DNA of 63,998 bases, the filler included, from Malassezia furfur (Eukaryota): NCBI GenBank assembly GCA_052055015.1. It is 4 parts of 4 records of this genome, joined end to end, with 100 filler letters (N's around TTAATTAATTAA, not from the genome) between each part and the next. Parts side by side here need not be neighbours in the genome. Positions count along the whole stretch, not along the records: positions 17,615 to 35,089 come from JBQJIT010000222.1; 3 more parts are not named here. One strand, given 5' to 3'. Each line of letters opens with the position of its first letter. Positions within the stretch are counted from its first letter, which is position 1. The notes below the pieces were generated by a model. It did not search any database, was not told the DNA's origin, and worked only from the letters and a program-made list of their open reading frames with translations. Below are positions 20,453 through 31,498 of this stretch, in pieces. The position numbers and the translations under genes are program-made.

Positions 20453-22582
20453 TTAGTACAGCGTCCGTACGAGATGCTCGCGCGACCAGAAACGCCGGCC
20501 GGCGGCTTTGACGAAACGATCAAAGTCATTTACGATGCCATCTTGAGAAAGGCTGACGCCCGCTTTCTTCAAGAGAGGCTCAGACTCGGACGTGTATCCA
20601 ATTGCTTTCAAATGACCGTACGCGTCTTGCACCCATTGCACTGCGGCAGACTCGCCTAGGAGTTTTTCCGTGCCCTTCTTGGACAGAATCACGGCAGTGG
20701 CATCGAACAGAGCGGACGGCATGCCAGCAACGGTCCCATTCACGTGGATCGACGAACCATCCGAAAGTTTGATTCCGTGTGCCTTTGGCGCCACAATGGT
20801 GACACGGCTTCCCTGGTCCTTGAGGGCCGACTTCAGGTTTTTCACGTCCTCGGCGTTGCTCCCGTCGTTAATAAGGATAGCCACATTACGTCCCTGAATC
20901 GTATGCTTGGCATTCCGGTGGATCGAAAGCGCAGGACTCGACCGCATGTTGATCGGTTCCCGTGCCGCTTTCGACTTCTCGGGCAGGTCCACACCAAGTC
21001 CCGCGGCTACACGCGCTGCCAGACCTTCGTCAACGTTGCGCAAGTTCGCGAGAGCGCGCTTTGGCACTTGCGGAAGAGTCACTTTGGACAGCTCAAAGAC
21101 GAAGCCACTGACCGTATGGTTCTGTTCCGAGGCCGTCAGCGAGTTCCAGTACATGCGTGGCTGACTGTAGTGGTCCGCGAAGCGCTCATCGCGGACACGC
21201 AGCTTCGGACCACGCTCCCTGGGACCCGTCGGAGCAGAAGACGTGTGGAATGCAGCCGCGAAAGGACACGCGCGAGGTCCTGTCCGCTCGCCCTCCTGGT
21301 ACAGGCTGTTAGGCTCGTAGTTGGCGCGGCCCTTGGGCACATTCATCTGCATCATACCATCACGCTGGAAGTTGTGCACCGGTACCTTGGGGTGGTTGAT
21401 GGGCAACTGGTAAAAGTTGGGCGTCCCCAGGCGCGATTTTTGCGTGTCAAGGTACGAGAAAAGACGACCCTGAAGCAGGGGGTCGTCGGAGAAGTCGATA
21501 CCTGGTACAACATGGGATGGGCAGAAAGCCACCTGCTCGGTCTCGGCAAAGTAATTGTCGGGATTGCGGTTGAGGACCATACGTCCGATGGTCTGAACAG
21601 GGATGTCCTCTTCGGGGATCAACTTGGTCGAGTCCAGAACGTCGTACGGTTGCTCTTCGGCAAACTTCTTGTCAAACACCTGAATACCCAGCTCCCATTC
21701 GGGGAACATGCCGTTCTCGATGGCTTCAAAGAGGTCCTTACGGTGGTAGTCATTGTCTGCCCCTTGCAACTTGGTAGTCTCGTCCCAGATGGTCGACTGA
21801 ACACCGAGTTTGGGTTTCCAGTGGAACTTGACAAAGTGAGCGTCTCCTTCCTCATTGACAAGCTGGAACGTGTGGATGCCAAACCCTTCCATCATACGCA
21901 AGGAGCGCGGAATGCCACGATCCGACATGGCCCACATTAGCACATGCGTCGCCTCTGGCATCAAGGTCACCCAGTCCCAGAACGTATCATGTGCCGTGGC
22001 CGCCTGAGGGTACCCCCGATCGGCTTCCATTTTCACCGAGTGGATCAGGTCCGGAAACTTGATCGCATCCTGGATAAAGAAGACGGGGATATCGTTTCCT
22101 ACCAGATCCCAGTTTCCTTCGTTCGTGTAAAACTTGACCGAGAAGCCGCGCACATCCCGTGGTGTGTCCACAGAGCCAGCGCCACCCGTAACCGTCGAGA
22201 AACGGGCAAAGACGGGCGTCTTGGTACCCTTAGAGAAAACATGCGCTCGACTCAGGTGGGAAATGTCCGCGGTAGCCTCAAAGTAGCCGTGCGCACCGGA
22301 CCCACGTGCATGGACAATACGCTCGGGGATCCGTTCATGGTCGAAGCTGAAGATCTTTTCGCGCAAAATAAAGTCTTCCAACAGCGTTGGCCCTCGCGAG
22401 CCGCTCTTCAGACTGTTTTGGTTGTCCGAGATCAGAACACCTTGGTCCGTTGTCAGATTTGCGTCGCCGCCACGCTGCTGTAGCTCGCCTCCATGACCGA
22501 AATGAACGGTCACATTGTCCTCATGGGCCCAAGCGACCCATACGAACAAGAGCAAGAAAGACAAGAAGAGTCTTCCCATCAT
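20453..22582 (-). CDS. Large-subunit (clade 2, KatE/HPII-type) catalase with N-terminal signal peptide
   Basis: FDHERIPERIVHARGSGAHG active-site motif, RLFSYLDTQ heme-ligand motif, C-terminal DJ-1-like domain; N-terminus MMGRLFLSFLLLFVWVAWA; intronless. Confidence 0.95.
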   Translation of the reverse strand: MMGRLFLSFLLLFVWVAWAHEDNVTVHFGHGGELQQRGGDANLTTDQGVLISDNQNSLKSGSRGPTLLEDFILREKIFSFDHERIPERIVHARGSGAHGYFEATADISHLSRAHVFSKGTKTPVFARFSTVTGGAGSVDTPRDVRGFSVKFYTNEGNWDLVGNDIPVFFIQDAIKFPDLIHSVKMEADRGYPQAATAHDTFWDWVTLMPEATHVLMWAMSDRGIPRSLRMMEGFGIHTFQLVNEEGDAHFVKFHWKPKLGVQSTIWDETTKLQGADNDYHRKDLFEAIENGMFPEWELGIQVFDKKFAEEQPYDVLDSTKLIPEEDIPVQTIGRMVLNRNPDNYFAETEQVAFCPSHVVPGIDFSDDPLLQGRLFSYLDTQKSRLGTPNFYQLPINHPKVPVHNFQRDGMMQMNVPKGRANYEPNSLYQEGERTGPRACPFAAAFHTSSAPTGPRERGPKLRVRDERFADHYSQPRMYWNSLTASEQNHTVSGFVFELSKVTLPQVPKRALANLRNVDEGLAARVAAGLGVDLPEKSKAAREPINMRSSPALSIHRNAKHTIQGRNVAILINDGSNAEDVKNLKSALKDQGSRVTIVAPKAHGIKLSDGSSIHVNGTVAGMPSALFDATAVILSKKGTEKLLGESAAVQWVQDAYGHLKAIGYTSESEPLLKKAGVSLSQDGIVNDFDRFVKAAGRRFWSREHLVRTLY

Positions 22583-22655
22583 GGTAAGTGCAAGCACTGG
22601 TCTTGCCACTGGTCTTGCCGAATAAGCAGCTGTCCTGAGGGGACGCGGTGTGCCA

Positions 22656-22661
22656 TTTATA
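22656..22661 (-). promoter_or_regulatory. Putative TATA box of the catalase gene
   Basis: TATAAA about 75 nt upstream of the catalase ATG. Confidence 0.4.
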
Positions 22662-23607
22662 GGGTCGCCAGGTACTTCGCCATTTCCCCTACCCTACATG
22701 CCCGCATTTCGCGTCCCACACTGCTCCAGAGGCATGTGCAGCCAATTAGCCAAAAATGCAGACGTCCGTGCGGTATTTGCTCAGATCACTCCTTTACACC
22801 AATCATGGGCTGCTTATTCGTCATGCGAACATGGCAGCACCCTGCGCTGCGCACAGATGGCGTCAATGGGTCTCGAACCCTGCAAGATCGGTACGAGGGA
22901 ACGCCTCAGCCAATCACACGTGTGCAAAAGGGTCTTGTACCGCGCAAGACTTGGCGGCCATTACTTGGCAGAATTTATAGGTGACTACATGGGACATTAT
23001 GGTTCATGGCTCCATATATGTAATCCTCTCAGAATTTATGCAAATGCTCGGAGAACGGCCTACCTGCGATCGTCCGGTCATCTTTTCTAGTCGCGATTGA
23101 AAAACATAACGACATGTCCTCCCGTATGATTTGGGCGAACATCACTCACAGTTCGTGATTGGCAAATTCTGCATCAAACATCTGGACAAAACAAATTGTG
23201 ACCTCTTGCATAGGCCAAGTCGGCCTCGACAGAAAAGGACTTTCACACGGAGTCACCCAACAGTGCGAAGGTGTCGGATTCCCACCACTTTATGCGCAGC
23301 CATGTGGAGCCCTGCTTGCTATAGCTCCGGCATCCGGCTAATGAGACGTGGATAAAAATTCCAAAAGCACGGGCCATTGACGTCAGCGAATAAGCGTCGA
23401 GGAAGCTTCGGAAAGTAGAGCTCCACATGACAATTTCACGCTGCAAGGAAGTCGTTACCCCATAGTTTTAGCATTGCAAGGACGAAGAGCGATGGTCGCA
23501 GGTAATGTTTTGGGCAAATGGTGCATCTGGACCGACAATCCAAGGAGAGATAGAAAATTGAGACCCGATAACAAAGCTTTATAAGCTCTGCTGTCACGAC
23601 GGTGGGG

Positions 23608-25074
23608 ATGCCATCGATGCTTTCTCTCTTTTATTTGGCGCAAAGTCTTTTTCTATTGTTATTGTTTCCCCTTTACGGTCACGCTTCCGTGCTGAAACGT
23701 GGAAATAATGATCCATTCTACCAGCCTCCGGCTCACTGGAAGTCGAAACAACCTGGAGACATTCTTCGCTGGCGCAAAATTGAGCCAAAGTTCATTGGCG
23801 GAGATTTCAACGTAGCAGAAGCCTACCAGCTGCTGTACCGTACCAGTCAAAACACGCCCAATGAGCCCCAACACACGGTTACAACTATCCTCGTTCCTCA
23901 TAATGCCAAGAAAGATATTCTGGTTGTCGGCTCCGTTGCACAAGACGCCAATGGACAACAATGCACGCCCAGTGCTGGGTACACCTACAACTCGGAGAGC
24001 AATTTTGTATTCTGGCTCGACGAGACATTCTTCTTGCAGTACCTTCAAGAAGGATACATTATGACAATCCCCGACAAAGAAGGACCCAAGAACGCCTTCG
24101 CTGCAGGCCGGATGGAGGGTTACATGACCCTGGACTCGATTCGTGCAACTCTGAACTTCAGTAAACTCAAATTGAGCAGCAACACCCGTATTGCGGGATA
24201 TGGCTACTCGGGTGGAGCTATTACGCTTGGATGGGCATCCTCTCTTAAGCCTTCCTACGCTCCGGAGCTGAATATTATCGGTTGGTCCTTCGGTGGAACG
24301 CCCTCCAACCTTTTGGGAACGATCAACCACATTGACGGAACCATCTTTTCTGGTCTCATCCTTGCAGGTGTGACCGGTGTAACGGATGTTTACCCTGAAA
24401 TTCATGAATACATTCAGACCGTCCTGAATTCTGCTGGACGGGAGGGTTTGGAGTTCTGTCGGAATCATTGCTTGCAAGAAATTATTCTCAGGTATCCCCT
24501 CAAATCAATCTACTCGTATGAGTTCCAGACCAGAGGGAAGGATGTGTTCAACAACGCTACGGTTCAACAGATGTTCACTGACTTGACCATGGGAATCAGG
24601 CCCCACGAAACACCAGACGTCCCTGTTTTCATGTACCATGCTCAACATGATGAAATTGTTCCTTACGATGACGCTCACAAAACAGCCAAAGCATGGTGTC
24701 GTAACGGCGCTCAGGTCAAATTCACAACGTATTCGCATTACGAGATGGGTCATTTTACTACGGAGATTACTGGCAGTGTGCCTGCCTTCCATTTCATTCG
24801 TGATTTGTTCAACGGGAAGGAAGTTTCTCAAGGATGCGACTTCAAAACTGAAGATACTCTTTTCTTCAATCCAAGTGTCCTTGGCGGAAATGCCAATGAG
24901 ATCATTGATGCAATCCTTGGTATTTTCGGACAGAGAATTGGACCTGAAGGACGCATTCTTGCTGCAAAAAAGACCGTCGTTAAGGGTAGTAAAAGTGGCT
25001 CTTCTCTCAAGAGCCATTCTCATTCGCAAACGCACAAGCACCGAAAAGACGTGTCTACGATTTCTAATGCCTGA
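23608..25074 (+). CDS. Secretory lipase (fungal LIP family)
   Basis: Hydrophobic signal, KR site, DPFYQPP, AYQLLYRT, nucleophile elbow GYSGG, FMYHAQHDEIVPY, catalytic His region MGHFTTE. Confidence 0.93.
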   Translation: MPSMLSLFYLAQSLFLLLLFPLYGHASVLKRGNNDPFYQPPAHWKSKQPGDILRWRKIEPKFIGGDFNVAEAYQLLYRTSQNTPNEPQHTVTTILVPHNAKKDILVVGSVAQDANGQQCTPSAGYTYNSESNFVFWLDETFFLQYLQEGYIMTIPDKEGPKNAFAAGRMEGYMTLDSIRATLNFSKLKLSSNTRIAGYGYSGGAITLGWASSLKPSYAPELNIIGWSFGGTPSNLLGTINHIDGTIFSGLILAGVTGVTDVYPEIHEYIQTVLNSAGREGLEFCRNHCLQEIILRYPLKSIYSYEFQTRGKDVFNNATVQQMFTDLTMGIRPHETPDVPVFMYHAQHDEIVPYDDAHKTAKAWCRNGAQVKFTTYSHYEMGHFTTEITGSVPAFHFIRDLFNGKEVSQGCDFKTEDTLFFNPSVLGGNANEIIDAILGIFGQRIGPEGRILAAKKTVVKGSKSGSSLKSHSHSQTHKHRKDVSTISNA

Positions 25075-25696
25075 TAAGAAGCTAAAAGGCAATCATATGT
25101 GAACTTTCATTCACATCGGAAGATCATCTATACTCCGACCGTTCATTTGCGCACAACATGAACTACTTGTCAATGAAGTAGATGGTTCCAATAGTTCGTT
25201 CGTTTCCTTAGTACTCTTAAGAACTTGAATTTGATGCATAATCTTCTGTCAATACATATCCGCTAAGCCTTGTTCGAAATCTCTAACTACATAGTTTTCG
25301 CCACATGGTTAGCAACGAAAATGAGCTTGCATCCCTACGTCTTGTATCGGTATGGTTCCAATTAATGAACAGTATCGAAAAAACGTATATGTCTTGATGA
25401 AACGGGATTGATAGCAAAGTTATTTGCTTCTCTTTTCGGGACATATATGTAAATAATGGATTGATTATATGGTGTTTGAATGAAGCTAGAATGTGTGTCA
25501 GAGTATTGCTCCCATCGCACAAGACTATCAGGAAGCTCGGGCCAGATTATCAAATCTCGCACAGACCACCCCGGACCCGCCAACAATTTTAAGTCCTCTG
25601 TAGATAGATAGCGGAGACTCGGAAACTGTCCCGATGCATGTTATTGAACAGCAAAAACTGAAGATATGATTTGTATTTGTGAAACACGATTCATCG

Positions 25697-27817
25697 ATGA
25701 CTCCTGCTAGTACGGTAGAGTCGGTGAAACCCCACCCTCTCGACCCCGCAACAACAGATGAGTTGAAAGCAGCAGTTGAACTGGTGCGAGGAGAGTTTGA
25801 TCCAGGAGTCAAACTTTTCTTCTATGCAGCGGCTCTGCGTGAACCACCGAAGAATGAAATGCGTCCCTTCCTCCAGGCAGAGCGCTCTGGAAAGTTTATG
25901 AGTCCTCCCGACCGAGAAATTTATGTCATTGTTGGCATTGAGAAAACACCTCGAAATTTCGAAGTAGTAGTTGACTTGACGAGCAAGAATGTCGCAAGCT
26001 TTGTTGAGCTTCCAAGAACCAGCCTCCCTCCCCTTGTTCCCTCGGAAATTACCAAAGCAATCGAAATCACCATGGCGTCCGATCTTGTGAAAGCAGAAAT
26101 CGAAGGTCTCCAAATGCCTTTGGATCAGGTGTTTGCAGAACCTTGGGATTATGGACGCGACGCCGAGAACGAGCATGATCGCAAGTCCCAGGTCTTCATG
26201 TACGCACGCAACCCAGAGACAAACCATCCCGAGTCGAACCCGTATGCGTTCCCACTGGATTTCCTGGTTATCCTCGATTTGACGAAAGGTGAGGTGGAGC
26301 GCATTTTGCACTTGCCGCTTGGCGTCAAAGCTACGGATGTGAATGCAACGAATGGAGTACGTAAGTTGGGCAAGCCAGTCGAGCCTGAATATGTCCATGA
26401 GCTTCAATCGCAAAAAATGCGCACATCAGTCAAACCACTACAGGTGGTCCAACCAGAAGGCCCAGGCTTTGACATTTCCGGAAACTTGATTGAATGGGAG
26501 AAATGGAGGTTTCGTGTTGGTTTCAACTGGCGTGAAGGAATGGTCCTTTACGATGTTACCTTTGACGGCCGAGAAGTGCTTTACCGAATGGCGCTTTCGG
26601 AAATGTTTGTTCCGTATGGTGACCCAAGAGCCCCCTTGCATCGGAAGTCTGCCTTTGATCTTGGAACATACGGTGCTGGTTATACGGCAAACAACTTGGG
26701 GCTGGGTTGCGATTGCCTTGGTGTAATCAAGTACTTGGACGGAATCATGATTGAGTCTGATGGGACGGCATTTACCAGTAAGAATGTGGTGTGCATTCAT
26801 GAAGTGGATGCGGGGATTCAGTGGAAACACACCAATCTGAGTACAGGTAAAGCTGTTGTTGTTCGGAAACGCCAACTGCAGCTGCAAATGATCATTACGG
26901 TGGCCAACTACGAATACGCCTTTTATTATATCTTTGACCAGAGTGGGGAGCTAATGTTTGACACGCTGGCGACAGGAATCTTGAGCACAACTCCCATTGA
27001 TCCTGAGGGAACGGAGAAATGTCGATTTGGTACACGTGTGGCTTCTGGTGTACTTGCACCCTACCATCAGCACGTATTTAACCTTCGCATTGATCCGTGC
27101 ATTGATGGGGATGGTAACTCATTGGAGGTTGTGGACAACGTCCCTATGCCGCTCGGTGAGGAGAATCCGTATGGGATTGGCTATGTGACAGAGTCGCATG
27201 TTATCAAGAGATCAGGTACGGAACAGCTCGATGCAGACAGAGGCCGAGTGTTTAAGATCATCAACCCGAACAAGAAAAACCCGACCTCGCACGAACCAGT
27301 GGCCTACAAACTTGTTCCAATTGTGTCCCAGAAACTGCTTGCCAATCCATCTTCTTGGCACGCCCGACGCTCTAACTTTGGCACAGCCCCGATATGGGTG
27401 ACAAAGTACCGTGACAATGAGCTGTACCCCGCTGGAAATTATACAAACCAGTCTGATGGTGATGATGGGATCCGTGCCTATGTCGACCGGGACGAGCCGG
27501 TGGAGAATGAGGATATTGTTGTTTGGCACACCTTTTCCTTTACGCACAACCCTCGTCCTGAAGATTTCCCAGTGATGCCTGCCGAGACCGCCCGAGTCAG
27601 TCTCAAGCCATATGGATTTTTCGAGTATAATCCGACTCTGGATGTCCCACCCAGTGTTCAGTCATTCAATAAGAGTGTCTCCTACGAAGAATCTAAGCAA
27701 AGAACTGGCGTCTTGGAGAAAGATTTGAGTTCTTCCGGTAATCCGGGGAGACATTCGAGTCTTTCTGGTGTGAACAATGGCCTTGTGGAGTGTTGCTCCA
27801 CAATGTCGGCGAGTTAG
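25697..27817 (+). CDS. Copper-containing amine oxidase
   Basis: PHPLDP start, SEMFVPYGDP, AFDLG (catalytic Asp), LGCDCLG, TVANYEY (TPQ consensus), HQH and THNPRPEDFPVMP copper ligands. Confidence 0.95.
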   Translation: MTPASTVESVKPHPLDPATTDELKAAVELVRGEFDPGVKLFFYAAALREPPKNEMRPFLQAERSGKFMSPPDREIYVIVGIEKTPRNFEVVVDLTSKNVASFVELPRTSLPPLVPSEITKAIEITMASDLVKAEIEGLQMPLDQVFAEPWDYGRDAENEHDRKSQVFMYARNPETNHPESNPYAFPLDFLVILDLTKGEVERILHLPLGVKATDVNATNGVRKLGKPVEPEYVHELQSQKMRTSVKPLQVVQPEGPGFDISGNLIEWEKWRFRVGFNWREGMVLYDVTFDGREVLYRMALSEMFVPYGDPRAPLHRKSAFDLGTYGAGYTANNLGLGCDCLGVIKYLDGIMIESDGTAFTSKNVVCIHEVDAGIQWKHTNLSTGKAVVVRKRQLQLQMIITVANYEYAFYYIFDQSGELMFDTLATGILSTTPIDPEGTEKCRFGTRVASGVLAPYHQHVFNLRIDPCIDGDGNSLEVVDNVPMPLGEENPYGIGYVTESHVIKRSGTEQLDADRGRVFKIINPNKKNPTSHEPVAYKLVPIVSQKLLANPSSWHARRSNFGTAPIWVTKYRDNELYPAGNYTNQSDGDDGIRAYVDRDEPVENEDIVVWHTFSFTHNPRPEDFPVMPAETARVSLKPYGFFEYNPTLDVPPSVQSFNKSVSYEESKQRTGVLEKDLSSSGNPGRHSSLSGVNNGLVECCSTMSAS

Positions 27818-28011
27818 ATTGCAAAGGATATGTAATTCGAGAGAATTTCCGATAGAGAACTGGTCGAATCAATAAGCGTGCTTTTATCGCAATTATTCCA
27901 CGCATGCAGGCCACGGTCGGATAAGCTCAACACCGACCCTTCGATAAGATACAATGTGGAGATGGCTACAGAATAGAGGCAACGGGCCTTACATCGAGTT
28001 CATCTTTGACA

Positions 28012-29646
28012 ATGACACCACCAACGGAACAACGAGACAATCCTCCAGGGGAATTTAATGAAGATGATGCACAGCTTTTAGCCTTGGGGCATACACCCGA
28101 GCTTTCGCGCAACTTCTCAACCTTATCCATGCTTGGGCTTGCCTTCGCCAATTTGGATTCGTGGTCCACCTTGTCCATCTCCATCTCCTTGGCGATTCAA
28201 AGCGGTGGGCCAACTTCAATCATATGGGGTTTGGTAACTGCGGGAATTGGGAATGTTTGCTTAGCAATGTCACTTGCCGAGTTCTTGTCTGCGTATCCTA
28301 CGGCCGCGGGGCAATACCACTGGGTTGCGTTTGTCTCGCCGCCCCTATGGCGAAGATTCTTTGCATGGATGACTGCGTGGATTACTGCAGGCGGTTGGAT
28401 TACACTTTGTTCTTCTGGTGGCCTTCTGGGTAGCCAACTGATCACTGGGTTGATTTCGTTGATGCATCCGAGTTACGATGCCAAACGCTGGCAAACCTTT
28501 CTTCTCTACATTGCCTACTCTTTCATTGGTTTCATTATCAACGCTTTCGGTACATTGTATCTCCCTATGACCAACAAAGCAAGCTTCTATTGGAGTTTGT
28601 GCGGCATAACAACGATCGCCATTGTCATACTTGCAACAGCCGCGCCCGATTTTGCTGATGCGAAATGGGTGTTTGGGGGCTTTATTAACAACACGGGATG
28701 GCCTGATGGTATGGCATGGCTACTCGGTCTTTTACAAGGCAGCTTTGGACTTGTTGCATATGACGGAGTTGCGCACATGATTGAAGAGATCCCTCAGCCC
28801 TCGATCAAAGGACCAAAAGTCATGGTAATGAGTGTCTGGGTGGGTGTGGGCTCAGGGCTCTTTATCCTCATCTCCCTCTTATTTGCATCTGGTGGTGCCA
28901 AGAATGCACAGAGCATCATCGAATCCGCCCAAACCCCATTGATCCGAATCTTTAGCATTGCAACTAAAAGCAACGCTGGATCGATTTGTCTCACTGTGAT
29001 TCCACTCGTCTGTGAGATAGTCGCAACGACAGGCAACTTTACTGTGTCCAGTCGTATGACCTATGCGCTTGCACGCGACGGGGGCATTCCCTTTTCCAAG
29101 AAATTGTCCCAAGTGCACAAAGGATTGATGCTCCCCCTCAATTCTCTCGTGTTGTCCATGGCTGGTGTGGTGATTTTTGGATTGATCTTTCTCGCTTCGG
29201 ACAGCGCATTTGATGCGATCTCTTCGTCTGCGGTCATTTTGCTCAACCTGTCATATGGAATTCCCATCATGATCAACTGTGCTTCAGGACGGACCAGACT
29301 GCCACCCCGCTCGTATGACTTGGGACCGTTCCTGGGATGGACCACCAACTTGGTCGGGACTGCCTATGTTCTGCTGACTACGGTGCTTTTCCTTTTCCCT
29401 CAAACCATCCCTGCGACGGGAAGCTCGATGAATTACAGCATTGTGGCTGTGGCCATCGTCCTTTTTTTGGCACTTGGATATTGGTTTCTCCATGGCGCCA
29501 AGCACTTCAAAGGGCCGCAAGTCGAAGCATTGTACAACGAGATTCGAGATCACCAGATTGATGAGCTGCTTTCTAGAGCAGACCACTCGATTGTGGACAT
29601 TAACGTGTTGAAGAAGATCAAAGATGACCAGTATCACCAGAAATGA
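28012..29646 (+). CDS. APC-family amino acid/amine permease (Uga4/Hnm1/Tpo5-like)
   Basis: LGHTPELSRNFSTLSMLGLAF, SLAEFLSAYPTAAGQYHWV, YDGVAHMIEEI, SRMTYALARDGGIPFS; about 12 TM segments. Confidence 0.92.
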   Translation: MTPPTEQRDNPPGEFNEDDAQLLALGHTPELSRNFSTLSMLGLAFANLDSWSTLSISISLAIQSGGPTSIIWGLVTAGIGNVCLAMSLAEFLSAYPTAAGQYHWVAFVSPPLWRRFFAWMTAWITAGGWITLCSSGGLLGSQLITGLISLMHPSYDAKRWQTFLLYIAYSFIGFIINAFGTLYLPMTNKASFYWSLCGITTIAIVILATAAPDFADAKWVFGGFINNTGWPDGMAWLLGLLQGSFGLVAYDGVAHMIEEIPQPSIKGPKVMVMSVWVGVGSGLFILISLLFASGGAKNAQSIIESAQTPLIRIFSIATKSNAGSICLTVIPLVCEIVATTGNFTVSSRMTYALARDGGIPFSKKLSQVHKGLMLPLNSLVLSMAGVVIFGLIFLASDSAFDAISSSAVILLNLSYGIPIMINCASGRTRLPPRSYDLGPFLGWTTNLVGTAYVLLTTVLFLFPQTIPATGSSMNYSIVAVAIVLFLALGYWFLHGAKHFKGPQVEALYNEIRDHQIDELLSRADHSIVDINVLKKIKDDQYHQK

Positions 29647-29832
29647 CTTTCCTGTGTCTATGTTACACATATTGTATAGTTATAATGCACTTGATGAAAA
29701 CTTGCCGCTTTCACATCATTTGGAGTTACTGGTTTGACGTTAATGATGCGCATTCATCATTCAAGCGGATGCAAATTTGTGTAAAAAGATACGAGAAAAT
29801 TGGTACCACACATCTGCACAACTCTATGCTAG

Positions 29833-30963
29833 TCAAACAAGCCGTCCGTTCAAAACTGCTCGGCGCGAGGTGCTGCGAGGGTCATAGTAAGGACGCTCGC
29901 CACACGACACGGCACGCACACCCGACCTCGGCCCAATATGGAAATAATCGGGCGTCGCGGCGTGGTACGTCGATCGATTGTCCCAAATGGCCAGGTCGTT
30001 CTTACTCCAGCGGTAACGGACCTGGGTTGTGTGGTTTTGTGTGAGCACGTCCAGGAAGTACTTTCTCAGCAAGTCACTTTCTGCCTCAGAGACGTCATTA
30101 ATTTGCTCCATATGGTGCCCCACGGCAAAAATTGATTTCCAGCCCGTGATAGGGTTGGTGCGAACGATGGGGTGCACCGCCGATAGATGTGTTCCAACGT
30201 TCTCTGCCGCGCCACGCGGGCCGGGATGGATTTGGTAGCCGTACTCTTCGGCAGAGCGACCAAATACGGGCGTGTGGTAACGAGCAGTGAGGCGCTCGGC
30301 AAGTTGCTGCATGGGTGGAGAAAGAAGGTCGTAGACTTCGTACCCACTTCCCCACAGTGTATCTCCGCCTGTATGGGGCAGGGTGTGGATCTTCAAGGAA
30401 GTATAGTCTGCCGGAACGGACTCGAACGAAATGTCGCTGTGCCATTCGTTGGCGCCGGTGCGCGGTCCAACCTGGAGCGAACGCAGTAGGTTGCTCGAGA
30501 TGACACTGATTTCGTTGTCCTTGTTCGTCGTTCCTTTGTCGTCGACCACTTGGTCCTTCCCCTCACGTTCTGCATTGAATACAGGGTGGACATGGAGCCC
30601 CGAGCTGGCCGGCTTGCCGGTGAGGTGTCCGAGCCGGTTGGTGATGTACTTTTGCTCCTCAGCGGTGAGATCTTGGTTCTTAAAAAAGACCACTCCGCGG
30701 CGAGAAATAATGATGGCAATATCACGAAGAAGTTCGTCTGCTTTTTCGTGGTGCAGAACGTCACGGAGTTGAATCTCGGGGTACAGGCGGCCTAGGGCCG
30801 GCGTGAGCTCCTCGCTAGCATAAAGGCTATCCAGCAAACCGCTGGCCTTGAGTGGCGCCTTGGGTGCGATGGAAGAGGCGGAGGACTCGGTAGGAACCGT
30901 TTGAATGCCCTTGGAGGTCAGAGTGGGGTTAGGCTGCGATGCCACTTGAACGGAAGGGGCCAT
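29833..30963 (-). CDS. TauD/TfdA family alpha-ketoglutarate-dependent (sulfonate/sulfate ester) dioxygenase
   Basis: RRGVVFFKNQDL, WHSDISFE (HxD), GGDTLW, VHPIVRTNPITGWKSIF, IWDNRSTYH. Confidence 0.92.
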   Translation of the reverse strand: MAPSVQVASQPNPTLTSKGIQTVPTESSASSIAPKAPLKASGLLDSLYASEELTPALGRLYPEIQLRDVLHHEKADELLRDIAIIISRRGVVFFKNQDLTAEEQKYITNRLGHLTGKPASSGLHVHPVFNAEREGKDQVVDDKGTTNKDNEISVISSNLLRSLQVGPRTGANEWHSDISFESVPADYTSLKIHTLPHTGGDTLWGSGYEVYDLLSPPMQQLAERLTARYHTPVFGRSAEEYGYQIHPGPRGAAENVGTHLSAVHPIVRTNPITGWKSIFAVGHHMEQINDVSEAESDLLRKYFLDVLTQNHTTQVRYRWSKNDLAIWDNRSTYHAATPDYFHIGPRSGVRAVSCGERPYYDPRSTSRRAVLNGRLV

Positions 30964-31002
30964 GTTGTTTGATTTGAACGGTGCGGGGTGTCCCACATCG
31001 CA

Positions 31003-31010
31003 TATTTATA
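31003..31010 (-). promoter_or_regulatory. Putative TATA box of the TauD-family gene
   Basis: TATAAATA about 40 nt upstream of the ATG. Confidence 0.4.
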
Positions 31011-31498
31011 CCATAAAAATATGCCTATCTCTGCGCGGTTGCAGACGGATCCACGGACCCCCTATGTTGCGTGCGAGGCAGCACCATTTTGCGCACAAAA
31101 CGGGCGCATCACGCAAGCAATGCTGCCGGCCTGCTACCTCCACATCTTGTGGGGTCGCGCAGGCACGCGATGTGTCTCCACATCGTCGATTATTAGCCAA
31201 GGTGACACCATACCTGCCGGTGCTCTCGTGATTGTGAGATGCGTGGCATGGTCGGCCAGATAAGCGCCCAGCGTGTATATCAGCTGGCTGACTGCTGATG
31301 GCTGGCGTGTACCTATGCCACACCTTTTCCGCACCAAGGGTAGCGTACGGGGGACGTGCGCGGCCCTGACGACCAGCCAATCACGTGGCTTGGCATGTGC
31401 CAAGGCCTTCCCCAACCTGCGACGTAGAACGACACCCAATCAAAAAATAGGGGCAATCCGAACGCGTCCGCGCGTGTAGCAGAAACTCTACCGCGACC

